Positions 12,985 to 28,274 of a DNA stretch of 64,000 nucleotides are shown here, one piece after another; the first letter of the stretch is position 1, and every line of letters begins with the position of its first letter. The translations under genes were made by a program, and so were the position numbers. Origin of the DNA: the human T2T-CHM13v2.0 reference genome, Homo sapiens; the NCBI RefSeq assembly GCF_009914755.1, contig NC_060948.1. The stretch is one strand, 5' to 3'. Below the pieces are notes generated by a model, which did not search any database, was not told where the DNA came from, and worked only from the letters and a program-made list of their open reading frames with translations.

Positions 12985-13147
12985 AAACAGGACAAAAGTT
13001 AATATCATCACAAAATAGTCTAAATACAATAATTTCCAGAGCCCCGGGCTTAATACAAATTAATAACTCAGAGTCACTCATCTTATAACTATTATACTTG
13101 AGCTTATTTTCCCAAATTGCCTTTTTTTGGTGTGAAAATCAAGTCAT
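12985..13147 (+). repeat. Copy 2 of the ~160-bp local direct repeat
   Basis: Aligns to 12137-12293 with scattered substitutions and a small indel (gagtcac). Confidence 0.93.
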
Positions 13148-16100
13148 GTAGATTAATTTCATGATCTATTTGAACAAAGATACTTATTTCATGACTGAAT
13201 GATCTGACTTTGATATATTTGTCTTATTTTTTCAAAATATCTGGTTAGATCATGTTTTCTACTTTATATACTGCCTTTCTAGGCCAGACTGACAAATATC
13301 CTACATTAGACATGGAGGCAGTCTGAATTTCAATGAAAAAGTAATGAATGTTTTGCAACAAACCTGTACGTTATTGGGTATGTAGAAAGGTTAAGACCAC
13401 TGAGACGTACACATCCATACCCTGGTTTATTAAATGCAACTAAATTAAATTGTTTCAAAATTTTGCTAATGATTCTAACAATATAATCCTTATGTTAATG
13501 TTGAAAACAATTGCATTTTTTATTTTTTGGTTGATCAATTTTGTGGCATAGTTTTGAATCCCAGACACCTTGCAGAGCAATACTTTGCTTTTCACTGTCC
13601 AAAGAGATACAAGTATAAAGTATACTTTCATCTTAATCAGAGGCAGTCATAGATTTTTTTTTTTAATATACAGTGTCAGATCAGGAAAAGAAGCTATCAC
13701 TGATAGAATTTTTTTTAAACATCATAATTTTTAAAAAGTTATTTTCTATGACACATCATACTGTAACATTGAGATTCATAATACTCTGCCCTGATATGTT
13801 ATTAAACGTGAGGATAAAAATAATTACTAAATCCTTTTTCATTACACATGTAGAATTTTTACTTCAGCCTAATTTCCACAGTAATTAGTTCATGTCTTTA
13901 TTAAAGAGATTCTCTGGAAAAGTTCAAATTTAGCTATGTCATAAGTAGCCAACTGGAGGACTTATCTTTCCGAAGAGAAGCAAGCCAATAAAATTATTCA
14001 AGATTATCAGCAGGCACAATTTCTAGATGTAAATTCCATCTCCAACCAAATCCTTCTGAGCACAATCTCAATGGCAACAATAAAGCAGGTCTCACTCCAG
14101 AGAATGTTACCCCTGTTGTATTTCAACGTTTAGACAGGGTCTTCTGTTTGTTTCTTTGATTTTATGGAAAGAGCTTTTCAACTTTTTAAACTTGTTTGTT
14201 TCTTTCAAATAGAAAAACACTAGGTTTTCAAAGGAAATTATACCAACCTAATTACTTTTAACAAATTCAAATTCTGATTGCGCATATAGATATATAATGT
14301 GCTTTGAAAAATTTTCTGTTCTGTTTTAGAAAGTACTAATATCAGAAATATATTTTAGTGTGCTATTTCTGAGACATTCGTTTTTTAAGAAATCAGTAAA
14401 AACATTGGATTATAATAGAAATGGCAAAATTTCCCCCATTCAGTTACATATACATGTAAAAATTTAAATCACCATGAAGCATTTATATCATCATTTTAAA
14501 TAGATTTCCCTATATTATCAATACTTACATGCATCAGTTCATATTTAAAATGGCACAAATATTCTGAATGGATAAAATTTCTTATAAAAGGCATTCATTC
14601 CCACAAGCTGCTGAGCAATTATATATAATAGTTTTATGTATAATTGTTTCTCTTACAGTTATCATGTAAATTGATCATCCTAATCACAATGCAAGTTTAC
14701 ATATGTTTTTGTTATTGTTATTATTTTATTGTATTTTATTTTGTTTTTCCAAGATGATAGCAAATTGGAGTCAGTGTTAGCAAGACTCTCCCACTTGGAA
14801 AGACAAAATAGTGTATAGTCATTCACACTGTGAACTCTATTTCCAAGAAGAAATGCAGAAACTTAACAGGAAAACGGAAATCCACCAATTCTCTGAAAGA
14901 AGCTGCATGCTGCAGCCTACATTGTAAGGTAGGCAAAAAACTGTTTTAACTTCCCAGAATGTGAGAGGGAAAGAGAGTGCTTCGGGATATACCCTCCCAC
15001 CAGGAAACCTGGAAATCCAGCCCTCAGGAAAAGCCTGAACGCTACACAGAGCTGGTACTGATTTAGGGAGCAGTGAGGAATGGGAAGAGCCTTGTGTGGG
15101 ACCTTGTGGAAGTCACCCAATTAACTCAGGCAACATTTGCAAGTTGAAAGAAGCTCCTACCTGAATTTTGTGAAATAGCTATTTCCCAGGGAGGCTTCTG
15201 GTCTGCGGCAGTCTTAGTTCTGAATATAGACGTCCTGGAATTTAGCTCACTGCTGTTAGCAGAAATCTACAGGTGTGAGAACTACCTTGCCAAGTGCATG
15301 GGATCTGGGTGGGGCTTACTGATGCCTGCTGTGCCCCACTTCTTGCACAAACTATTCTGTGCAGTAGAGGCAGCTTTTCTCCACTCTGGTACATTACATC
15401 AGTGGTGAGGTAACTGTCCCTCAACTCCCACAGTGGCTGCAGATTGCCCCACATATGGAGAGTCAGAGCATGGATCTCTCTGACCCAGCCCACACCTGAT
15501 TTTGCCCCTCTACCCACACTGATAGCCTAACACAAAAGACAGGAACTTTTGGGAGCTTTATGTCCCCACCCATCACCTGAGAAACCAGAGTGCCTCCTTT
15601 GGGTAACATAAGGCAAACACAAATCTCAACACTACTACTGCAGCTGATGCTCCTTTGCAAACACGACCTCCTAGCTGGAGGCCAACCAACACAGTCCATT
15701 ACAGCACTTTCAGGTAGATAACACTGCACCCCGGAAGGAGAAAATTTGTACATGATATCAGCTATCACCATTGCCTGCACCAACATGACTAACCAGGAAG
15801 TCCTGATACTATCTACGTGACCAGTTTATTTTTGCTGCAACTGGCATTTGAGAAAGCCAACACACTAACACTATCCATAGCCAAAGAATCTCAACGAGTC
15901 TACATTACTCCCCTGCCGCCTGCATCAGAACTGGTGCTGGTACTTGATACTGGGAGACTTGAGGACAGGTCACATCTCTGAATCCCTTGCAGACATTTCC
16001 CAGCACCAGCCTAGAGTGTGGCAGACCCATTAGGCAGCTAGGCCCAGAAGAGCAACAACATTCACATTCTGGCTCTCAGGGACTCCTACTACTAGGGCAA

Positions 16101-16806
16101 GGGGTAGTACGTCACGTAAAGGGAACACTACGGCACAAAAGTATCTGGATAGCAGGCCTTCAGTCCCAGATTTTTCCACTTGTGGAATGTTTTTTTCAGC
16201 AGAGGCACAGTTGCAGTAATGGGCTCAGCAGGGAAAGTCTGCAGTTCTACTCCAACAGTCAGGAAGCCCTGGTGCTCATGAAGCATCTTGGAGAAGAGGA
16301 AATATTTCCCCCCTTTTCCACCACTGAAGACATAGCTGGGGCTTTTCTCTCAGGAGAGTGGCATGGGTGCACATATAGACAGCTTTTCTGAAACACTTCA
16401 GGGTGATCCACATAGGAGGGGCACCCTCCAGGTGCAAGCTTGCAGGAGATGTACAGTCACCATTCGTCTCTACTTGGAGCATCAACATTCCTGCATAATA
16501 AAAGAGATGCCTGTCTGATCTGAATACCCAGAACACTGGGTCAAGAGTATGTGTGGGAGGTGGATTGCTTTCCTGCTGTCCTGGCAGGGGAGTTGAGATG
16601 GCTCCAGTCCTTTCCTCTGACAAGAACTCAGTGTGACTCACTGAGAGCTCCCCCAGCCATCTCTGTCAAGGCTAGGACCCCTGCCCACCATTGGGTATTG
16701 CATTCACCAACCTGCTTTAGTCATAGACAGTTTTTAGCTAAGGACGCCTCCCATACAGGCCAGAAACCTGAGTGATTCAACCCAGTAAATAAAATACTGG
16801 GAAAAA

Positions 16807-16853
<47 letters not shown>

Positions 16854-16854
16854 A
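16807..16854 (+). repeat. (TAAA)12 microsatellite
   Basis: Twelve perfect TAAA units inside the host L1 5' region. Confidence 0.95.
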
Positions 16855-18360
16855 GCGACAGCATTCACTGTAGTCTGGCTCAGTAAATAAATTACTTGGG
16901 AATATTCAACCCAGTAAATAAAATATTCAACCTAGTAAATAAAATAGTGGGGAAAAATAAATAAATAAAAGTGCAAACCATAGGGAATGAGTTTCAAGAG
17001 ATCTCTGCCATTCCAACTCTATAGGAGACTGAACTTCTCACACATCAAGCATGTTTCCACTACAACCAGCATCTGAGAAAGCAATCATATAAAGACTCTC
17101 TGTAACCATGGAACTCATATAAAACCATCATCCTGAAAGCATTAAGAGCTTAATTATACTACAATAAACTATAAACATTAAAGTCATATGCTTAAGGGGA
17201 AAAAGGGCAATTTTGAAATAAACACAGTGAAATAAGAAATAAAATTAAGAAAAAATAGAAGAAATATTCTACCCAAATCAGAAGGAACCAGAAAAGTAAT
17301 TCTGGTAATATGACAAAAGAGGATTCTATAACACCCTCCAAAAATCACACTAGCCCTCTGGCAATGGATTCAAATCAAGATGAAATATTTGAAATACCAG
17401 ATAAAGAATCCCCAAAGGTTGATTATTAAGCTACTCAACAAGACACCATAGAAAGGTAAAAACCAACATAAAGAAAGTAAAACAAGCAAACAAAAAATAA
17501 TTCAGGCGTGAATAACAAGATTTCTAAAGAGAATGATATCTTAAGGAATATCAATCAGAAGTTCTGGAAATGTAAGACATATTCAGGGAATTAAAAAATA
17601 CAGTGGAAAGAAGTTTCAACAATAGACTAGAACAAGTAGAAGAATGACTTTCAGAGCTTGAAGACAAGGCTTACAAATTAATGCAATCAGAGAAAAACAA
17701 AAGAAATAAGAATCAAAGGAAATAAACAAAGTCTCCATAATTACAGAATCATCTAAAATGACCAAACCAAAGAATAATTGGTGTTCCTAAGGGAGAAGGG
17801 AAAGCTAAAAGTGTGAAAAACATTTTTGAGGTAATAATTGAGAAACTCTTCCATGGCCTTGCTGGAGACTGATATTCAAACAGAAGAAGCTCAAAGAACT
17901 CCTGGGAGATTTATTGCAAAAAGTCATCACCAAGGCATATATTCATTAAGCTATCTAAAATCAATATGAAAGAAAGAACTCCAAGAGCAGTAAAACAAAA
18001 GCATCAGGTAACCTATAAAGGAAAACCCATCATACTAACAGGAGACTTCTCAACAGAAACTTTATAAGCCAGAAGGAAATAGGGTCCTATCTTTAGCTTC
18101 CTTAAACAGAATAACTGTCAGCCAATAATCTTGTATCCAGCAAAACAAAGTTTCTTAAATGAAGGAGAAATAAAATCATTTCCAGTCAAACAAATGCTGA
18201 GGAAATTTGTTACTATCAGGCCAGTTGTACAAGAAATGTTAAAAGAAGTCCAAAACCTTGAAACAAAACTTGATATGTACCAAAATAAAACCTCTTGAAA
18301 GCATAAAACTGAAAAAGCCTATAAAACAATAACAAAACAACAAAAAGCCAAGTATCTAGG

Positions 18361-20595
18361 TGATTAGTCTGATTTCATACTGCTATAAAGAACTGCCCAA
18401 GACTGGGCAATTTATAAGGGAGAGAAATTTAATTGACTCACAGTTCAGCACAGCTGGGGAAGCCATGGTAAATTTACAATCATGGCGAAGTTGAAGAGGG
18501 AGCAAGGCACCATCTTCACAAGGTGGTAGGAAGAAGTGCTGAGTGAAGGGGGAAGGGCCCCTTATAAAACCATCAGATCTCATGGGAACTCACTATCATG
18601 AGAACAGCATGAGGGAAACTGCCCCAATGAGCAGTTACTTCCACCTGGTCTCTACCTTGACATTTGGGGATTATGGGGATTATAATTCAAATGAGATTTG
18701 GGTGGGGACACAAAGCCTAACCATATAATTCTGCCCCTGGCCCCTCCCAAATCTCATGCCCTTTCATGTTTCAAAACCAATCATGCCTTCCCAAAGTCTT
18801 CATTAATTCCAGTATTAACACAAAAGTCCAAGACCAAAGTCTCATCTAAGATAAGGCAAGTCTCTTCTGTCTATGAGCCTGTAAAATCAAAAGAAAGTTA
18901 GTGACTTCCTAGTCACTAGGAAGTCTAAGTGGTACAGGCATTGGATAAATGCAGTCATTCCAAATGGGAGAAATTGGCCAAAACAAAGGGGCTACAGGCC
19001 CCATGGACCAAAATCCAGCAGGGGAGTCAAATATTAAAGCTCTGAAATGATCTTCTTTGACTCCATGTCTCATATCCAGGTTACACTGATGCAAGAAGTG
19101 GGCTCCTACCATCTTGGGCAGCCCTGACCCTGTGGCTTTGCAGAGTACAGCCCCCATCCCTGCTTCTCTTATGGGCTGGCATTGAGTGTCTGTGGCTTTT
19201 CCAGGCACATGGTGCAAGCTGTTGGTAGATCTACCATTCTGGGGTCTAGAGGATGGTGGCCCTCTTCTCACAGCTCCACTAAGCAGTGCCCTAGAGGGGA
19301 CTCTGTGTGTGGGCTCTGGCCCCACATTTCCCTTCTACAATGCACTAGCAGAGTTTCTGCATGAGGACTCCACCTCTGCACCAGACTTCTTCCTGGACAT
19401 CCAGGCATTTCCATACACACTCTGAAATCTAGGCAGTGGTTCCCTAACCTCATTTCTTGACCTCTGCACACCCACAGGTCCAACACCATGTGAAAGCTCT
19501 CAAGGCTTGGGGCTTTCACCCTCTGAAGCAACAACCTGAGCTGTACTTTGGCTCCTTTTAGCCACAGCTGAAGTGGCTGGGACACAGGGCACCAATTCCC
19601 AAAGCTGCGCACAACATGGGGACCCTGGACCTGACCCAGAATGCCATTTTTTCCTTCTAGATCTCTGGGCCTGTGATGGGAGGGGCTGCAATGAAGGTGT
19701 CTCACATGTCCTGGAGACATTTTCCCATCGTCTTGGTGATTAACACTTGGCTCCTTTTTACGTATGCATATTTATGTGCCAGGCCTGAATTTCTTCCCAG
19801 AAAATGTGTTTTGTTTTTGACTGCATTGTCAGGCTGCAAATTTTTCAATCTTTTATGCTCTGCTTCCCTTTTAAACATAAGTTCCTATTTCAGATTATTT
19901 CTATCAAGTTCAAAGCTCCACAGATAGCAAGGCCTGGAGCAAAATGCCACCAGTCTCTTTGCTAAAGCACAGCAAGAGTTACCTCTTCTTCACCCAAAAC
20001 CACCTCAGTCTGGACTTCGTTACTCATATCACTATCAGCATTCTGGTCAAAACCATTCAACAAGACTCTAGGAAGTTCCAAACCTTCCACATCTTCCTGT
20101 CTTTTTTTAAGCCCTCCAAGCTGTTCCATTCTCTGTCTGTTACTCAGTTCCAAAGTTGCTTCCACATTTTTGTGTATTTCTATAGCAGCACCCTACTCCC
20201 TGTAGTATCAATTTATTGTATTTGTCCATGTTAATACTGCTATAAACAACTGCCTGCGACTGGGTAATTTATAAAGAAAATAGATTTAATTGACCACTGT
20301 TCATCTTGGCTGGAGAGGATTCAGAAAACTTACAATCAAGACAAAAAGAAAAGAGGAAGCAAGACACCTTTTTTTACGAGGCAAAAGAAAGGAGAAGTGT
20401 AGAGAAAAAAGAGAAGAGCCCCTTAGAAAACCATCAGATCTCCATGAGCACTCACTAGGTATTACAAGAACAGAATGGGGGAAGCTGCCCCATGATTCAA
20501 TTACCTCCACCTTGCATCTCCCCTGACATTTGGGGATTATGTGGATTATAACTCAAGATGAGATATGTGTGGGAACACAAAACCTAACCATATCA
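18361..20595 (-). mobile_element. Complete THE1D-type MaLR provirus (LTR-int-LTR)
   Basis: LTRs 18361-18728 (3') and 20217-20595 (5'); polypurine tract (ttctgcccctggcccctccc on +) next to the 3' LTR; perfect 5-bp TSD CTAGG at 18356-18360 and 20596-20600; MaLR ORF remnants (RRGPPSSRPQNGRST). Confidence 0.93.
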
Positions 20596-20958
20596 CTAGG
20601 TAATAATTAATATAATGTATATGACAATTGCTCCACTTAAATAATATAGATTGGCAGAATGGATAAAAGAAACAAAATCAAATATCTGCTGTCTTCAAGA
20701 TACCTAAAATGTAAGAATTCATATAAACTCAAGATAAAGGGGTGGAAGATATTCCATGGAAATAAAAATAAAAACCAAAAACAGGCAGTAGTAGCTATTC
20801 TTGTATCAGATAAAACAGACTTTAAAGCAACAGCAATAATAAAAGACAAAGGGGGTCATTATATAATGATAAAAGGATCATTCCAACAAGAAGACATTAT
20901 AATTCTAATTATATATATACCTAACATTGAAGAACCCAGATTCATAAAACAATTACTA

Positions 20959-23900
20959 GGGAAGAGCAAGATGGCTGACTAGATGCACACAAGTGGAACA
21001 GCTCCCATGGAGGGACTGAGACTGCTGGCATGCTTTTAAAAGATATTTAGAGGGAAGGTGCTGAGAGTGGGCAGAGAAAAGACACAGAAGCTAGGCTGAA
21101 GGGGAAGAAAACTGGGAACCCCTCATTGGTTACTGTGCACAGAGACTCATTTTTTAACCACAACAACTCCAGCAGAATGGAGGAGTTTACCTGGCAAGGA
21201 GCAACCCACTCTCAAAACAGAACTTTGGGACCCCAAAAGAAGGGGACCCATTGACCACAGCAGACACTTAAGGTGGCAGGGAAGGCTGCTCATGTAAGTG
21301 GTGGGGCAGCAAGCTAGATGATGTGAAGCCTATAGGGTTTGGTGTGGTAGCATCTCTAGTGGAGCATGATCAGAGATGGCCATTGCTCTAGGCTTGTCTT
21401 GCTCCCATAAGAGATGTTAGTCCTAGGGGAACTGTCAGACCTTGTCTTTGCAGGGCAGTCTTGCACTAAGATGGGGCTGGCCCAATCTGAGCACTCCTTG
21501 GTCTGCTGGCCTCTCCCAGGGCCACGGCCTGGCCATGCCTGCTTAACAGGGAAGTCTTGGGTGACCTGGGGGCACACACCATAGCTTCTACAACAGTGGA
21601 TTGTGCCTGATCAATAGAGAGCTCCAGCGAGGTGGCTTCTACATCCATGAACGAGCCCACATGTTCCCTCCTGATACTGCAGCTTCCCCAAAGCCCACAG
21701 CATCTCCCCACAGGTGTGTGTCTATATGGGAAGGTTTTGCTTTACTTGTCTTTCCAGCACGCAGAAGTGTAGTCCACCACCAGCACCCCCGCAACTAATC
21801 ACCATCGCAGATACAGCCTTGGTGGGCACAGAGCCAGCAAACCCAGCCCCTGAATGTACCACACCCTTGTGCTAAAACTGCACAGAGAACAGTGGACCTT
21901 TTTACAACCTGAGTAATCACAACTGCTTGCAGGTCACAGAAAGGACACCCAGACCAGTGCCAGCCAGCACTCCAACCCAAACCAACACCACCTTCAGTGC
22001 AATGGTGCACACAGTCTCCAACAGGAGCCCCCTGCATCCCCCAGAGTTTTCTTGCATCTGCCACTGTGGTGAATGCCTGCAGGGAGGCAGGCACACCTGC
22101 ATTTACTAGCACTCTACTGCAGGTGCTTCCACTCTCCGCACCTTCTGGTGCAGTGGACTCCATAACTCAAGGAGACAGAGAACAATGTCTGGAACTGATA
22201 CAAGTCCCCCACTTCGAGCACGAAGTCCAGGAGTTGAGAGCTGATCCTTGGTCCCCCTAAAACCTCCAGGAAATGAACCCAGCTAGCTGAATCCACCTTA
22301 TGACACAATCAAACCCTCAAGGTCATCAAATAGCATAAAAGAGAAAAAATTCATAGGTTAGCAATCTCAAAGATAGAAGGTAAATAAACCCACAAACATG
22401 AGAAAGAAAAGTGTAAGAAAGTTGGAAACTCAAAAAGTTAGAGTGCCCTCTTTCTTGCAAATGACTGCATCATCTCTCTAGCAAGGGTTCAGAACTGGGC
22501 TGAGGCTGAGATGGCTGGAATGATACCCAATACAAGGAGCTAAAAACCATAATAAAACAATGCAAGATCTGACAGACAAAATAGCCAGTCTAGAGAAGAA
22601 AATAACTGACCTGATAGAGCCAAAAAACACACTACAAGAATTTCTTAATGCAATCACAAGAATTAATAGCAGAATAGACCAAGCAGAGGAAAGAATCTCT
22701 GAGTTCAAAGACTGGATTTCTGAAATAAGATCGGCAAACAAGAATAGGGAAAAAATAAATAAAAAGAAAGAACAAGACCTCCAAGGAATATAGAATTATG
22801 TAAAAAGAAAATAATCTGTAACTGATTGGTGTCCCAGAAAAAGATGGGGAAAATGGAACCAACTTGGAAAACATAGTCAGGATATCATCCATGAGGACTT
22901 TCCAAAACTCGCTAGAAAGGCCAACATTCAAATTCAGGAAATGCAGAGAACCCAAGTAAGATACTTCACAAAAAGATCATCCTCAAGACACATAATCATT
23001 AGATTCCCCAAGGGTGAAATTAAAGAAAAAATGTTAAAGACAGCTAGAAATAATAGTTAGGTCACCTACACAGGAAGCTCATCAGACTAACAGCAGACCT
23101 CGCAGCTGAAACACTGGAAGCCAGAAGAGATTGGGGGACAGTATTCAACATTCCAACCCAGAATTTCATGTTTGGCTGAACAAAGCTTCATAAACAAAGG
23201 AGAAATAAAATCCTTTTCGAACAAGCAAATGCTGAGGAAATTTGGTGCCCCCAGACTGACTTTACAACAGCTTTTGAAGGAACCACTAAATATGGGGAGG
23301 AAAGACCATTATCAGTCATTAAAAAAACACACTGAAGTACACAGACCATTGACACTATAAAGCAACCATATAAACAAGTCTGCAATATAACCAGTTAACA
23401 TCATTATGACAGGATCAAATCAACACATATAAATACTAACTTTAAATGTAGATGGAATAAATGCTCCAATTAAAAGACTCAGAATGGCAATCCGGATAAA
23501 GAACCAAGACCCATTGGTACAATTTCTTCAAGAGACCCATCTCACATGCACTGACACAGAGAGGCTCAAAATAAAGGAATAAAGAAAAATCTACCAAGCA
23601 AATGGAAAACAGAAAAAAAGCATAATTTGTAATCCTAGTTTCTGACAAAATAGATTTTATATCAACAAAAATAAAAAAAGACAAGGGAATTGCATAGTGA
23701 CAAAGGGTTAAATTCAACAAGAAGAGTTAACTATTCTAAATATGTATGGACTGAAACACAGGAACACTCAGATTCATAAAGCAATTTATTAGAGACCTAC
23801 AAAGAGACTTAGACTCTCACACAGTAATAGTGGGAGACTTTAACAACCCAGTGACAATATTAAACAGATAATCAAGACAGAATATTAATAAAGATATTCA

Positions 23901-26900
23901 GAACCTAAACTAGATCAAATGAACCTTATAGGTAACTATGAAACTTTCCACCTAAAAACAACAGAATATAAAATCTTCTCATTGCCACATAGAACATACT
24001 CTACAATCTATCATATAATTGGAGTTAAAACACTCCTCAGCAAATATAAAAGAGCTATAATCCTAACAAACAGTCTTTTAGACCACAGCACCATTAAATC
24101 AGAAATCAAGACTAAGAAATTTACTCAAATCCCTACAATTACATGGAAATTGAATAACCTGCTCCTAAATAACTTTTAGATAAATAATAAAATTAAGGCA
24201 GAAATCTTTGAAATGATGAAGACCAAGCTACACCATACCAAAATCTCTGGGACAAAGCAAATGCAGTGGTGAGAGGGAAATTTATAGTGTTAAATCTCCA
24301 CATCAAAAAGTTAGAACGATTTCACATTAACAACCTAACATCACAATTAAAAGAGCTAGAGAGCCAAGAGCAAACAAATCTCAATGCTAGTGGAAGACAA
24401 GAAATAACTGAAATCAGAGCTGAACTGAAAGAGCCAGAGACACACAGAAATTCCAAAGATCAATGAATCCACGTGCTGTTTTTTTTAAATAAAATATATA
24501 GACTGCTAGTTAGAGTAATAAAGAACAAAAAAGAGAGAAGATTCAAATAAACACAATCAGAAATAACAAGGGACATATTACCACTGACCTCACAGAAATA
24601 CAACCATCAAAGAATATTATGAAGACCTCTATATGCATAAACTAGAAAATACAGACAAAATAGATGAATTACTGGATGTATACACCCTCCCAGGAATGAA
24701 CCAGTAAGAAAATGAATTCCTGAGAAGACCAATAACAAGCTCTAAAATTGAGTCAGTAATAAATAGCCTCCCAACCAAAGAAAAGCCCAGGACCAGATGA
24801 ATTCACAGCCGAAATTTGCCAGAAGTATAAAGAAGAGCTGATACCATTATGGCTGTAAATATTCCAAAACTATGAGGAGAAGGGACTCCTCTCTAAGTCA
24901 TTCCATGAAGCCAGCATTATTCTGATATCAAAACCTGGCAGAGATACAACCAAAAAGAAAACTTCAGGCTAATATCCTTGATGAATATAGATACAATAAT
25001 TCTCAACAAAATACTAGCAAACTGAAACGATCAACACATCAAGATGCTTATTCACCACAATCAAGTAGGCTTTATCCCTGGGATTGAAGATTTATTCAAC
25101 ATATGCCAATCAATTTATGTGATTTAGCACATAAACAGAACTAAATACAAAAAACACATGATTATTTCCCTAGATGCCAAAAAGGCTTTCAACAAAATTC
25201 AACATTGATTTATGTTAAAAACTTACAATGAAGTAGTTATGGAAGAAACATACCTAAAAATTGTAAGAGCCATGTATGACAAACCCATAGCTAATATCAT
25301 ACTGAATGGGCAAAAACTTCAAGCATTTCCCTTGAAAACAGGCACAAGACAAGGATGCCCTCTCATCACTCCTATTAAACATGGTATTGGAAAGGCTTAC
25401 TCAGGGCAATCAGGCAAATGAAAGAAACTATCCCTGTTTGCAGATGACATAATCCTATATGTAGAAAACCCCATAGACTCAGCCCAAAAGCTTCTTAAGC
25501 TGATAAACAACTTCAGCAAAGTCACAAGATACAAAATTACTGTGCAAAAATTACTAGCATTCCTATACATTAACAACAGTCAAGTCAAGATCCAAATCAG
25601 GAATCTACTCCCATTTACGATTGTTACAAAGAGAATAAAACACCTAGGAATACAACTAATTTGGGGGGTGAAAGATCTCTACAAGTAGAACTATAAAACA
25701 CAGCTCCTTGAAGTCAGAGATGCTACAAATAAATGGAAAAACATTCCATGCTTATGAATAGGAAGAATCAATATTGTAAAAATGAACATACGGCCCAAAG
25801 CAATGTATAAATTCAACAATATTCCTATCAAACAACTCATGACATTCTTCTCAGAACTAGAAAACACCATTTAAAAATTCATATAGAACTACAAAAAAGC
25901 CAGAATAGCCAAGGTAATCCTAAACAAACCAACAAAAAATCCCCAAAAAACAAAAAACAAAGCTGGAGGCATCACGCTACCCAACTTCAAACTATACTAC
26001 AGGGCTACAGTAACCTAAACAACATGGGACTGGTACAAAAACAGAAACACAGACCAATGGAACAGAATAAAGAACCTGGAAATAATATTGCACACTTACA
26101 ACTATGTGATCTTTGACAAACCTAACAAAAACGAGCAATGGGAAAGGGATTCTGTATTCAATAAATGGTGCTGGGATAACTGGCTAGCCATATGCAGAAG
26201 ATTAAAACTGGACCCCTTCCTTACACCATATACAAAAATTAACTCAAAATGGATTAAATACTTAAATGAAAAACCCAAATCTATAAAAATCCTGGAAGAT
26301 AACTTAGGCAGTACCATTCAAAACATGGGCACAGGTAAAGATTTTACAACGAAGTCTTCAAAAGCAATTGCAAGAAAAGCAAAAATTGACAAATGGGATC
26401 TGATTAAACTAAAGAGCTTCTGCACAGCAAAATAAACCATCAGCAGAGTAAGCAGACAACCTACAGAAAGGTAGAAAATTTTTGCAAACTATGCATCTCA
26501 CAAAGGTCTAATATCCAGCATCTATAAGGAAGTTAAACAAATTTACAAAGAAAAACCTCATTAAAATAGTGGGCACAGTACATGAAAGATACTTTGGAAG
26601 AGAAGACATACATGTGGCCAGCAATCACATGAAAAAAAGCTCAACATCACTGATTATTAGTGAAATGCAAATCAAAACCAAAATGAGATAGCATGTCACA
26701 CCAGTCACAATGGCAATTATTAAAAAGTCAAAACATAACAAATGCTGGCATACATATACAGTGTTGTTGGGAGTGTAAATTTGTTCAACCATTGTGGAAG
26801 ACAGTGTGGCAATTCCTCAAAGACCTAAAGACAGAAATACCATTCAACCCAGCAATCTCATTACTGTCTATATACTCAAAGGAGTATAAATCTTTCTATT

Positions 26901-27375
26901 ATAAAGACACATGCACACATATGTTCATTGTAGCACTATTCACAGTAGCAAAGACATGAAATAAACTTAAATGCTCATCAGTAATAAACAGTATAAAAAT
27001 AATGTGGTACATAGACACCATAGAATATTATTCAGCCATAAAAGAATGAGATCATGTCCTTTGCAGGGACATGGATGGAGTTGGAGGCAATTATCCTTAG
27101 GAAACAAATGCAGGAACAGAAGACCAAATGCCACATGTTCTCATTTCGAAGTGAGTGCTAAACTATGACAACATGTGGACACATAGAGGGGAAAAAAAAC
27201 ACAACGGGGTTTTTCAGAGGGTGGAATGTGGAAGGAGGGAGAAGATCAGAAAAATAACTAATGGATACTAGGCTTAATACCTGGGTGATAAAATAATCTG
27301 CACAACAATCCCCTATGACAAAAGTTTACCTATGTAACAAACTAGCACTTGTACCCCGGAATTAAAATAAAAGGT
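20959..27375 (+). mobile_element. Full-length L1PA14/15-type LINE nested in the host L1 ORF2
   Basis: 5' end gggaagagcaagatggctgactag; ORF1 remnants 22560-23360; ORF2 from ~23406 with tttgcagatgac (FADD) at ~25437; 3'UTR aaaataactaatggatactaggcttaatacctgggtg; TSD aaaacaattacta / aaaaaaatacta; many stops and frameshifts. Confidence 0.92.
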
Positions 27376-28274
27376 AAAAAAATACTACAAGACCTAAAAA
27401 ATGAGGTAGATAGCAACAAAATAGTAGTGGAAGACTTCAATAATCCACTGGTAGCAGTAGACAGATTGAGACAGTCAACAATAACAACAACAATGACAAC
27501 AACAAAATGTACTTAAAACTACACTCTACAATAAATGAACTTAACAGATGTTTATGGATCATTCTACCTGAGAACTGCAGAGTATACATTCTTCTCACCA
27601 GCACTTGGAGCACTCTTCAATATAATCCATATAATTGACCACAAAACAAGTCTCAATAAATTAAAAACATCAAAATCATATCAAGTATATTTTCAGACCA
27701 CAGTGAAATAAAACTGGAAATCAACTTCAAAAGGAACTCCTCAAACTTTACACATATATGAAAATTAAACAATTTGTTTCTGAATGATTTTTGAGATAAA
27801 AAAATTAAGATGAAAAATTTTTTAAGTCTTTGAAATGAATGATAATAATGATACTGATTACCAAAACCTCTGGGATCCAGCAAAAGCAGTGCTAAGAGGA
27901 AAGTTTGACCACAAATTGACAATCTAGTGTCATGCCTCAAGGAACAAGGCAAGAAAGAACAACCTAACTCAAAGCAAGCGAAGGAAAGGAATAACAAAGA
28001 TCAGAGCAGAAGTAAATGAAATTCAAACAAACATAAAATACAAAAGATCAATGAAACAAAAAGCTATTGTTCCTTGAAAAGATAAACAAAATTGATAGAC
28101 CATTAGCAAAATTAGCTAAGAAAAGAAGAAATTCATATAAACTGAATTATAAGTGAAACTGGGGACATTCCAAATGACACCACAAAAACACAAAATATCA
28201 TTTGAGACTGCTATGAACACTATTATATACACAAACTGGAAAACTTAGAGGAAATGGATAAATTCCTGGAAACG

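Noticed and set aside
20959-27375. Possible active full-length L1
   Set aside because: Both ORFs carry many stops, frameshifts and deletions (e.g. ~25420), and the 5'UTR is CpG-depleted.
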